From positions 113,212,001 through 113,276,000 of the forward strand of contig OZ024743.1 of NCBI GenBank assembly GCA_964016885.1: a stretch of DNA of 64,000 nt, in the 5' to 3' direction. The position numbers and the translations under genes were made by a program. Every line of letters begins with the position of its first letter. Within the stretch, counting starts at the first letter, position 1. This stretch comes from Eledone cirrhosa (taxonomy: Eukaryota). Below are positions 13,008 through 23,938 of the stretch, piece by piece. Below the pieces are notes generated by a model. The model worked only from the letters and a program-made list of their open reading frames with translations. It was not told where the DNA came from and searched no databases.

Positions 13008-14605
13008 CTTCCTATAAATATGAGGCCCCTTTTACTTCTCACCTTTTTAAGTGCAATGAAACTCTATACTCTAAGTACTTGATGAAGTGTCCCTCAAGTG
13101 CTGGTATTGACAGAATCAAAATATGAATATGTCTTCACATTTGTTTCTTTTAAGCAAAATGCATTGTTCTGGTGCCAAATGTTTTCCCCTATAATCCCAG
13201 CATCAACTTATATAACTGGTGAGTGGGAGGTTTATTTTATTTTGGTATTGGCATTCTGTTAGCTGGATACCTTGCCAAGATGAAAAGATTCCTACCTAAC
13301 TACCTGTATACCTGGAAATTGTAGCCTTTTACAGTTTATATCTGGAGGGCAGGTTATCAACCTCTCATTAAACAAGCATTTGATACCCACACACATGCAC
13401 ACGCACTCACACACACATGCACACGCACCCACATACATGCACACGCGCACACATGCACACGCGCCCACATACATGCACACGCACCCACGCACGTGCACAC
13501 GCACCCACACATGCACCCACACACATGCACACTCGCCCACACATGCACACACGCTCACACACACATGCTCACTCACACACACACATTCTCACACACACAC
13601 ACGCATACGCTCACTCACACTCACTCTCTCATATACACACATACATACAGGCACAGTAAATTAAATGGTGGCAATCTATAGGTGATATTTGGTTGCTCAA
13701 GCTGTTAGAAATAACAGCCAATTTCCCTTAAAATTAATCTATTATCTTAAAAATGGAAGAGTACATTGGATAATGTAGTTCTAGAAACACAATAGCTGAA
13801 AATAAGACTGGATGGTCATGGCTGGAACAACTTTGATCATAGGTCTGCATTTTTATATTCTTTTTTATTGATTTGGTATGGAGGTTGGGCTGGGCCCCTG
13901 CTCTTATAAATTTCTTGGGACCATTGTTGTAAATGTGATTTAACTCTTAACATCATGTAATATGTAATAATTTAGCCAAAAATATCTAAAAGCAAGTTTG
14001 TTAATTCAAATTTCTATAGAATCTTTACTAGTGGACAGATTGTTGTGAACATTTGCAGTATTCATTCTTAATATCCTCTAATGCTTTAGCAGAAAATATA
14101 TAAAAACAAGTAAATTGGCGAGTCTATTATCATTTTTTTTTTTTTAGATGTTTGTTTCAATCATATGACTGCGGCAATGCATGGGCAACTCAAGGGGTTT
14201 TAGGTGAGTATATTAATTCTTGTAATTTTAGATAGTTCATATATGGTACCGAGAGGAATACCAACCCAAGTATTAATTAACGTAACTAAATAGCACTATC
14301 ATATCAACCGTTGTAATTTTAAATGGTTCATATGTGGTACTTAGAAGAATATCAAACAAAGTGTTAAGTAACGTAACCAAATATCTCTAGGTATTTTTGT
14401 TTGACATTCCAATTCTGTCATTCTATGTGGATTTACATATATATATATATATAGATATTTCAGAAAACCTTTACTTCAATCATAAACCTTCTAAAAATTC
14501 TTGACTGATCATAAAACATAGTCATAGGCAAGAAGTTTTATCTATCCTGTTACAGTATAATGAATATATATCATTAGCGACCCCATTTCCAGTGTGACCA
14601 AGGGC

Positions 14606-14776
14606 CAGTGCTGGATTTACCATTGTGCTTAGGTGTACTTAAACACAGGGCCCTGTTGGCGAGGGTGGGGGAGGGCATCTACCTGCCAAAAAAAGTTATG
14701 AGGCCCCTCAGGGCCCAAGTAAGGGGCCTCATAACTTAACTAGCATAGGGCCTCATTTGTCCTAAATCCGGCACTG
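14606..14776. mobile_element. hAT-type MITE (171 bp)
   Basis: TIRs cagtgctggattta / taaatccggcactg; perfect 8-bp TSD ccaagggc. Confidence 0.9.
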
Positions 14777-15998
14777 CCAAGGGCACATTAAGCGTCCTAT
14801 TATCATGAGGTAGTACTGGTACTATGGTAAAATGTACCCAGCCATCTTTGTAAAGTGCTGGTGCCACAATAAAATTTACTTTCCCCACATTGTTATTTCT
14901 CCAAAGTTACTCATGTATATAATCTTGTATGTCATTTAGACATATATGCTGAACACGTATGTAATTATATCCTAGAAATAAACTATCAAAATATCATTCT
15001 TATCCTTAATCACTACTACATATCAGTACACAACATAAACTATGGGTTTTTTCTGATGCAAATAATTAATTTATCAAAACACATCTTTCCTAATTTGTAC
15101 GATTGTTCACATATCTGGTAATCCTTAGAGTTCAAAAATGAAATAGGTTCAATGCTATTGCTGCTGATTTCAAAGCCGAGGTTAGCTTAGCTTTTCATCC
15201 TTCCATGGTCAATAAAATAAAGCACCAACAATGCACTGGGGTTGATTTAATCAACTTTCCCTTCCTCTTCAAATTGTTGGCCTTGTGCCTCAAGTAGAAA
15301 CAATTATTACTGGCACAGGCCCACTATTAGTAAATAATAATCTATTCACCCCTATCCCTAGTATTGAGAACTCCTTCTTTTGTTCTTCACCACTGTGTAT
15401 GTATTCGGAATGATTGAGCAATGGAGAGGAGATGCAGTGGTACAGACATGTGATGTGTAAAGAAATAGCAGGTAATACAACTGGTAGAAGAAGGAAGACA
15501 AAGGAAGAAGTGGTGAAATCTGATCTCAGGACCCTGAACCTCACAAAGCAGATGATGACTGACTATGAGAAGTCATGAACCCCTGTGGTGAAAGGGAGCC
15601 AGCCAACCTTTTACAAGCATGGAAAATCACATGGGAAAATGATGATGAATATGGTGATAAATGTGTGTTTGTGTGTGTGTAAATACACACACACACACAC
15701 ACATATATAATATATATATATATATATTATATATATTTTTTTTTTCATATATATTTTTCCATATACATAAATATGTGTGTATGTGTCTGACCACTGCTAG
15801 CAGGAAGAACAGATGTTAAATGATGATGGTGATATGAATATGCCTGTAAATATATATATTTATGTGTGTGTGTATGTGTGTGTGTGTCTATATATATATG
15901 TATATCTATGTGTGTGTGTGTGTGTGTCTATATATATATATATGTATATCTTGGTAGCACTTTTGTTCTGAGTATGAACATAAATAAATAATATATAC

Positions 15999-16059
<61 letters not shown>

Positions 16060-16466
16060 GCAGTGAGAGAAAGAGAGACAAATGAGTATATATGTGTCCA
16101 ACCATTGCTAGCAGGAACAATGGATATTAAATGATTATGATCATCATCATTTTATGTTCACTTGCATGAGCTGGACATTTCTTTTTTAGCACAGCATCCA
16201 TCCCCTTGTTGCATTCCTTTGTCATCTTCTGTGAGCTTCAACGATTTGGGATCAGTTCTCACCACCTCTTCCCAAGTCTTCCTCTACAGCAGTTTCCTCC
16301 CTCTAGGGTTACTTGGTACTTTTTACCCAGTGGTCATTCATATACACCACATGTCCATACTAGTAGTCAACCTTTGCACACTACTTTTGATTCCTCTTGT
16401 ACATAGTTTTTTTCTCAGCTTATACATGCTTTATGTATATATATATTCACACATATATATATATAT

Positions 16467-16630
16467 AGGAGAGAGTATGACCCCGACTTTAGTACAGAAT
16501 TAGCCGTCGAAACGGCTTGAGCTCTGCCGTCGGGGTCATACTCTCTCCTATTACCAACTCTACTACCCTAAGTATTGAGTACTCTGGTGCGTTATGGTCC
16601 ATCTGGTTCCTTACCACAACTCCTCCGTTA
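16467..16630 (+). mobile_element. Short Penelope-type family A copy with inverted 5' end
   Basis: taggagagagtatgaccccgac inverted against gtcggggtcatactctctccta; GAAA / stem III / GTC hammerhead half; tail shared with the 22417 copy; flanked by (TA)n. Confidence 0.7.
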
Positions 16631-16651
16631 TATATATATATATAGATATAT

Positions 16652-16701
<50 letters not shown>

Positions 16702-16705
<4 letters not shown>

Positions 16706-17510
16706 AATTAGTATATCTACCAATATATATATACAGATGCATACCTATGCTAGCAAATATATAGGTTTTGTCTTAGTAACTTTGTGGTTCAATGCAAGGG
16801 GATGCAGAACAATTATATGAAAGACGTAAAATAAGAAAATTATAAAAATTAACTTACTTACTAAAATTTCACTCCAACTAATTAGTTTCTGAAAGGGAAT
16901 AAACTTGGTTTCCGAATAGAACAACATGGAGAACATCCTTTCGTCATCAGGGAGGTCTATTCTCAGCTAAGTTCCCAGGCAATGCGTGGACACAGGGAAC
17001 TTATACAAAAATAATTCAGTGGATGGAAAAAAGCAAGCGAGGGCTAAATTCCAGAACATTGAAAAAATCACTGCCTACTTGGTCGGTGGCAAATTCAAAA
17101 GAATCAATCACATGACATCGAGGTTAATCAGTGAGGAGTGGGGTGCTAATAAGACAGTAACCTGACTACCACTATGAACCATAGTAGTAGTTTTGGCAAA
17201 TTTTTGCTCAACAAAATAATTTGGAGATAATTATAAAGAATTTGTATATCTACCAACATATATATATACAGATGCATACCTATGCTAGCAAATATATAGG
17301 TTTTGTCTTAGTAACTTTGTGGTTCAATGCAAGGGGATGCAGAACAATTATATGAAAGATGTAAAATAAGAAAATTATAAAAATTAACTTACTTACTCCA
17401 TGTTGTTCTATTCGGAAACCATGTTTATTCCCTTTCAGAAACTAATTAGTTGGAGTGAAATTTTAGTAAGTAAGTTAATTTTTATAATTTTCTTATTTTA
17501 CGTCTTTCAT
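16702..17510 (-). mobile_element. Non-coding Penelope-type unit with duplicated tail, inverted end and degenerate hammerhead
   Basis: 16702-16865 is repeated at 17235-17397; 17397-17510 is an inverted copy of ~16815-16930; minus strand CTGATGA-cgaa..ttcg-GAAAC at ~16950-16908. Confidence 0.7.
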
Positions 17511-17513
17511 ATA

Positions 17514-17562
<49 letters not shown>

Positions 17563-17582
17563 ATATATAGATATATATATAT

Positions 17583-17918
17583 GGCTTAGTGGTTAGAGCA
17601 TTGGCCTTGCAATCGAAAGGTGACTTCAATTCTCAGACCGGGTGATGTGTTGTTTCCTTGAGCAAGACACTTTATTTCACATTGCTCCAGTTTACTCAGC
17701 TGTAGAAATGAGATGATAGGGACTGCTGTCCCTATCATTCCACTGCAAAGTAGTCGTGGAGGTGCCACGGCAAAAAAGCACCCAGCACTCACTGTAAATA
17801 AGGTTGGTGTTAGGAAGGGCATCCAGCTGTAGAAATCAAGCCAGAATCAGTTCCCATCCCACCCTTGCAAGCAGGGAAAAGTGGACGTAAAATGAAATGA
17901 TGATGATGATGATGATGA
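17583..17918 (+). mobile_element. tRNA-headed SINE with RTE-like 3' tail (family 2); copies near 26450, 32826(-) and 61910(-)
   Basis: ggcttagtggttagagc head; ggttggtgttaggaagggcatccagctgtagaaa and a (GAT)n tail shared with the RTE 3'UTR. Confidence 0.85.
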
Positions 17919-17928
17919 TTTCGGGTTT

Positions 17929-19248
17929 GTGTCAGGCAAAAGTACCACAGACGCTCTTTTCATAGTACGACAACTACAGGAGAAGTACCTAGCTAAAGGT
18001 AAACCCCTCTACTTAGCTTTTGTCGACTTGGAGAAAGCCTTCGACAGAGTCCCCCGCTCCATTATCTGGTGGGCTCTTAGAAAACTAGGCGTTGACGAAT
18101 GGCTTGTGAGGGCTATACAAGCCATGTATAAAGAAACAGTCAGCAAGGTTAGAATTAACAACGAATATAGTGAAGAGTTTAGCGTAAAAGTTGGCGTCCA
18201 TCAGGGCTCTGTTCTCAGCCCACTACTATTTATTATTGCCCTTCAGGCTATAACAGAGGAGTTCAAGACAGGCTGCCCATGGGAACTCCTATACGCAGAC
18301 GACCTGACACTCATAGCGGAATCAATGGCCGAGCTAGAGAAGAAATTCCAAACATGGAAGCACGGCCTAGAGTCAAAAGGACTTAAAATTAACCTGGCTA
18401 AGACCAAAGTACTAGTTTGTAGGAAAGAAAACAAGGCGGCGGTCCCTTCTGGGAAATGGTCGTGCTCGGTGTGTAGGAAAGGCGTAGGTAGAAACTCCAT
18501 TTTATGTCCTAAATGCAAAGTATGGGTGCATAAAAGATGTAGTGGGATCACAGGTAAGCTAACTAAGAACATAGATTTTACATGTGGCCGGTGCTCTGGT
18601 GCAATAAGTAGCAGCAAGTGCCCACAAAATACTAGCTCTTTCAATTGCGCAGAGGGTTCTATAGAAATAGTGGACAGCTTCCGTTACCTGGGCGATAAAA
18701 TCAGCAGTGGGGGAGGGTGCTCTGAAAGTACTGTAGCTAGAGTCAGAACTGGTTGGAAAAAGTTCAGAGAGCTTATACCACTATTAGCTGCTAAAGGGTT
18801 CTCACTAAAAATGAAAGGCAGGTTGTACGATGCCTGCATACGAACAGCAATGCTGCATGGCAGTGAGACCTGGGCATTGTGTGCAGAGGATATACGCAGA
18901 CTAGAGAGGAACGAAGCTTGCATGCTCCGCTGGATGTGTAACAGTAATATACGTGAACGGCAAAGCATAAACGAACTAAGGAAAAAATTAGAGATAAGAG
19001 GGATCAGATGTTGTTTACTCGAGAGAAGGCTACGTTGGTATGGTCACGTGATGCGCATGAAAGACGATAGCTGTATAACAAAGTGCAGGGCAATAAAGAT
19101 AGACGGTAGCCACGGAATAGGCAGACCCAGAAAAACCTGGGACGAGCTGATAAATTCCGACCTCACACACTTACACCTCATTAAGACAATGTCACTGGAC
19201 CGAGACCTTTGGCGGTACTCAGTAATAGAGAAGACCCGCCTTACCTAA
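17929..19248 (+). CDS. Reverse transcriptase of a 5'-truncated RTE-clade LINE (element 17919-19300); open for 439 aa, with an inserted PHD-like finger
   Basis: Motifs FVDLEKAFD, GVHQGSVLSP, LLYADD, FRYLG, LRWYGHV, GRPRKTW; CxxC..CxxC..HxxC..CxxC insert. Confidence 0.95.
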   Translation: MSGKSTTDALFIVRQLQEKYLAKGKPLYLAFVDLEKAFDRVPRSIIWWALRKLGVDEWLVRAIQAMYKETVSKVRINNEYSEEFSVKVGVHQGSVLSPLLFIIALQAITEEFKTGCPWELLYADDLTLIAESMAELEKKFQTWKHGLESKGLKINLAKTKVLVCRKENKAAVPSGKWSCSVCRKGVGRNSILCPKCKVWVHKRCSGITGKLTKNIDFTCGRCSGAISSSKCPQNTSSFNCAEGSIEIVDSFRYLGDKISSGGGCSESTVARVRTGWKKFRELIPLLAAKGFSLKMKGRLYDACIRTAMLHGSETWALCAEDIRRLERNEACMLRWMCNSNIRERQSINELRKKLEIRGIRCCLLERRLRWYGHVMRMKDDSCITKCRAIKIDGSHGIGRPRKTWDELINSDLTHLHLIKTMSLDRDLWRYSVIEKTRLT

Positions 19249-19302
19249 ATACAAAGTAAAACCTACTACAGTCAGTAGGCATCTCTAACAAAATACACCC
19301 CG

Positions 19303-19582
19303 TCCTACGCCATTTTGTTTCCGTGTGTGTGTTGTGTGCAACAGAAACAAAATGGTGTAGGACAGAACAAAGAAGAGGCACAGAAACTAAGAAAGGAATA
19401 CCCAGTCACTGAAGAGGTCACATAGTGTGTGACGAAAGAACTATGACAATATATAAACAACTATCTGGTTGTGGAACCAACCAACCAACCAGGAATTTAT
19501 AAATTTATTATAATAAATTGAAGTGAAAGCAACTGGTGCGTGTGTTTCTTATTGGCAACATGACCCTCCCAGAGTATAATAA
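19303..19582 (+). mobile_element. Short Penelope-type family B element with inverted 5' end
   Basis: gtcctacgccattttgtttc inverted against gaaacaaaatggtgtaggac; hammerhead at 19405; tail ending ccctcccagagtataa is shared with the 42853 copy; followed by (TA)n. Confidence 0.75.
19405..19447 (+). ncRNA. Minimal type I hammerhead ribozyme
   Basis: GUCA-CUGAAGA-g-GUCACA(uagug)UGUGAC-GAAA-gaac-UA|UGAC: core intact, stems I and II pair. Confidence 0.75.
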
Positions 19583-19827
19583 TATATAGATATATATATA
19601 GATATATATATATAGATATATATATAGATATATATATAGATATAAATATATAGATATATATATATAGATATATATATATATATATATATATATAGATATA
19701 TAGATAGATAGATATAGATAGATATATATAGATATATAGATAGATATATATATAGATAGATATATAGATATATATATAGATATATATATAGATATATATA
19801 TAGATATATATATATATATATATATAT

Positions 19828-19989
19828 GTCCCAAGGCTCTGATACCATCAACACTATAAACACAGAGCTGGCATATCTAAGAACTGACTAACTGCCCGAT
19901 GAGGTCATAGCCATTCAATGGCTATCATCAAAATATATATATAGCAGTAAATAAAGGATTATGAGTTCATGCAATTGACTTATGTTTCG

Positions 19990-19993
<4 letters not shown>
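19828..19993 (+). mobile_element. Short element with a degenerate hammerhead between (TA)n tracts
   Basis: actgc-CCGATGA-..atagccatt/aatggctat..c-AAAA-tatatata-ta-gcagt; stem I actgc/gcagt retained, core mutated. Confidence 0.5.
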
Positions 19994-20027
<34 letters not shown>

Positions 20028-20094
20028 TATAGATATATCAGAGTGTGTCCAACACTTGCTAACAGGAAGAATAGATGTTAAATGACAGTGATGA

Positions 20095-20752
20095 TATCAT
20101 CATCATCATCGTTTAACGTCCATATTCCACGCTTGCATGGGTTTGGACGGGAGTTTTCCCACTTGAGACAAGAGTGGTTGTTTTGCTTGCATAAGACTGT
20201 CTGGCAGGTTTTCTACGGCTGGATGCCCTTCCTAACACCAACCACATTTACAGTGTGGAACTGGGAGGTTTTTACCGTGTTACCTACACGGCCACATTAC
20301 AGCGTGGACTGTGTGTTTTTTTGTTGTGACACCTACACGACCTCATTTGTTTCGGGATGGATGTTGTGGTACCAACATAACTTTACATTGAAGGGGGTGG
20401 TGTGGATGGGGTGGGGGTAGTGGGACGGGGGTGTATTTTGTTAGAGGTGCCTACCGACTGTAGTAGGTTTCACTTGTACTTAGGTTAAGCGGGTCTTCTC
20501 TATTACTGTGTAGCACCAAAGATCTCGGTCCAGTGACATTGTCTTGGAGAGGTGTAAATGTGTGAGGTCAGAATTTATCAAGTCGTCCCAGGTTTTTCTG
20601 GGTCTGCCTACTCCATGGCTACCGTCTATTTTTATTGCCCTGCACTTTTTTATACAGCTGTCGTCTTTCATGCGCATCACGTGACCATACCAATGTAGTC
20701 TTCTCTCGAGTAAACAACATCTGATCCCTCTTATTCCTAATTTTTCCCTTAG
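20095..20752 (-). mobile_element. 3' end of an RTE LINE
   Basis: ORF 20480-20788 matches the C-terminus of the 17929 RT; 3'UTR and (GAT)n tail present. Confidence 0.9.
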
Positions 20753-20916
20753 ATGTGTTAATGTGTGTGCATACATATGCACATGCACACATCACACACA
20801 TACACACTCTCTTTCGCTTCCTACTATTTCAAGTGTTAAACTAATATATTTCTTCCATGTACTGTGCTGTTTTTGTTATTTTTGTTTACCTTTTACACAC
20901 ATACATATATATATAT

Positions 20917-20972
<56 letters not shown>

Positions 20973-22384
20973 ATGGTGTCCAACTCTTGCTAGCAGGAAG
21001 AACGGATGTTAAATGTTAGTGATGATATATAAATATGTGGATGCATGTGCATGCATACCACACACACCACACACACACACCACATGCACACCCACGCACA
21101 CACAATACACACATGTGCGTATGTATGTATATAATTTTATGTTAAATGTTAGTGTTTATATATATATATATATATGTGGATTCATGCACTCACACACACA
21201 CACACATACCACACACACTACTCACACTACACACACTACACACACAACAGACACTACACACCACCCACTCACACCACACGCACTACACACACACCACACA
21301 CACACCACACACACACACCACACCCCACACACCACACACCACACACACACACCACATGCACTACACACACCACACCACACACTACACACACAATACACCC
21401 ACACACCACATGCACTACACACACCACACCACACACACCACACCACACCACACACCACAATGTATGTATATAATGTGATGTGCCACTTATACAACTGAAT
21501 GCCATCTTTATCTATTCCACATTTTCTACATTAATATTTACAAAATGTCACTGAAATACATGGCATTTGTTTTGTAAAATATTGTTCTAAGTTACCCTAT
21601 TTCACAGTCAACATAACCTGCTTTAACAACCAGTGAATGTTACAGACATATATACATATTATATACACATACATGCAATTGTATATATACATATATACAC
21701 AAACATGCAATTATATATATATACATATATACACATGCATGCAATTATATATACATATATATTCATCTAGACTTACATACACACACTTATATATAGACAT
21801 ATACAAACATACATGCAATTATATATATATATATACATATACATACACACACGCACACACACATATGTAATTTTATATACATATATATTACATATATATT
21901 CATTTAGGCATATACACACATGCATACACACATACATGCACATTTTCCCCATACACACACACATATATATATATATATATATTTATATGCATATAAAAAA
22001 AATGATATGCATATATATAAATACACATATACATTTATATGCATACATGTACATATACATATGCTCACATACTCACTTGCATAAATATACACACAATCAC
22101 CATGTCATAATGGAGGCAAGCAGTGTTTTTGCTGCCAACTAAAATAGTTTTATAACATTGTATTTTGCTCTGTATGTCAAACGTTTCTCATCTCATCTTT
22201 AAAACAACAGAATTCTGTGGTCTGTTTCTTTCAATTCTTATAGATGTAATGAATATATATATATATATATATATACATACGCATACACACACAGGGTGTC
22301 CCCAAAATGTATAAACATTTCAACAAAAAAAGTAATCAAAGTGGGTATACATTTTTTGGGACATCCTCTGTGTGTGTGTGTGTG

Positions 22385-22416
<32 letters not shown>

Positions 22417-22420
<4 letters not shown>

Positions 22421-22625
22421 GGAGGAAATGTGGTAAGGAACCAGGTGGACCATAACGCACCAAAGTACTCAATACTTAGGGTAGTAGAGTGGGTAATAGG
22501 AACGAGTAGGACCCCGACGGCTGAGCTCAAGCCGTTTCGACGGCTAATTCTGGACAAAATTAGCCGTCCAGAATTAGCCATCGAAACGACTTGAGCTCAG
22601 CTGTCGGGGTCCTACTCGTTCCTAT
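22417..22625 (-). mobile_element. Short Penelope-type family A copy with ~59-bp inverted arms
   Basis: taggaacgagtaggaccccgacggctgag...ctggac inverted against gtccag...gtcggggtcctactcgttccta; tail matches 16550-16630. Confidence 0.75.
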
Positions 22626-23075
22626 ATATATCCTTTTTCACCCACTTATTCCTGAGAGTGCCATTGGGGCAGTCCTCAAACACTATATCATCATCATCGT
22701 TTAATTTCTATCTTCCACGCTAGCATGGGTTAGTCTCGCTCGTATAGGACTTTTTTCTTTTTTTGTCGTGACACCTACATGACCTCATTAGTTTGGACTG
22801 GATGTTGTGGTACCAACATAACTTTATAGAGAAAGGTGTGGTGTTGGCGGGAGTGGAAGGATGGAGTAGGGGTAGTGGGTTGGAGTGTATGTTTGGTTTG
22901 GAGGGGCCTACTGACTGTAGGTTAAATTTGCACGTAGGGAAGGCAGGTCTTCTGTATTACTGCGTGGTGCCAAAGATCTCAATCCAAAGATCTCGATATA
23001 TATATAAAAGAAAACAAGATTTTTTTTATAAAAAAAAAAGAGAAAAAGAAAAGACATGTCCTACACGAGTAAAAG

Positions 23076-23786
23076 TATAAGGAAAAGAAATTGAAAATGC
23101 AACTGGAGTCTTTTTAAGAATAATAGCAGAAAAACCACCCTTCGGGTGGTTTTCTGTTAGCATGTGTCGTGTGTATATTGATATTATACGCAAGTATATA
23201 TACATGTAGATATGATACGTCAAATAAAATCGTAATTGATAATATACACAGAAATTGAACGAAGACTGTGTTACACTATCTTATGTAATCAGTAACGTAA
23301 TCCATGACACATTAAAAAAAGACGATATTATATATAAACTGCATTAGAAGAAAATTAGTGACAGAAAAATATGTTTATTTAAGCGATCGCCACCGGAAGT
23401 GTTGACATTTGAAAATTTTAAAGAAGTGAATCTTTACATAAATAATAAAATATATTTAATGAACAGCCCCGAAATTTAGTAGATAAATTATGTAATATTC
23501 ATTCATTATTTATTCAAAGTAATCCAACTTATTTTACTAATGGGATAAAAAATTATAAACCGTACGCAGTCCCGCGCTTCTTACTTTATTATAGTTTAGA
23601 TTTATTTATTTCTTTTACCAGTTTCACAGTTATGCTTTTCAAAAGTAAAAATGCGAGGCAAACCACAACCCCTCCATCTCAATTTTACTCTTGAAAAGCA
23701 TAACAACTGTGAAACTGGTAGGTAAAGGAAATAAATAAATATTCTTAAGAAGACTCCAGTTGCATTTTCGATTTCTTCTTCTTATA
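23076..23786. mobile_element. TA-flanked element with ~48-bp TIRs and internal hairpins
   Basis: gaaaatgcaactggagtctttttaagaata vs tattcttaagaagactccagttgcattttc; hairpins at 23131-23153 and 23600-23740. Confidence 0.7.
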
Positions 23787-23877
23787 TATGTATATGTATA
23801 TATATGAGAAGAAATAGAAGTATCTATTTTATGTTCGCTAATTTGCATTTGAGCCAAGTGGATATATGTAACAAAAA

Positions 23878-23938
23878 ATGGAAGAGGCAGCTTACCTGTT
23901 AATTGTGCTCAACGTGGTTGGTGGAGTTGCGTCACTGA
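23878..23938 (+). CDS. Candidate first coding exon encoding a signal-peptide-like sequence MEEAAYLLIVLNVVGGVASL
   Basis: aaaaATGg context, hydrophobic core, phase-1 donor A|gtatgg; non-repetitive sequence. Confidence 0.35.

Noticed and set aside
11914-13126. Three 350-aa His/Thr-rich ORFs
   Set aside because: Open in all three frames because the 68-bp CA-rich minisatellite lacks stop codons
17583-17645. tRNA genes at A/B-box motifs
   Set aside because: No complete cloverleaf; these are SINE heads
18243-18968. Antisense ORFs over the RTE RT (also 48740-49681 and 51798-52169)
   Set aside because: Shadow frames of the RT with no independent evidence
23131-23153. Rho-independent terminator-like hairpin
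   Set aside because: Eukaryotic DNA; the hairpin lies inside a TIR element
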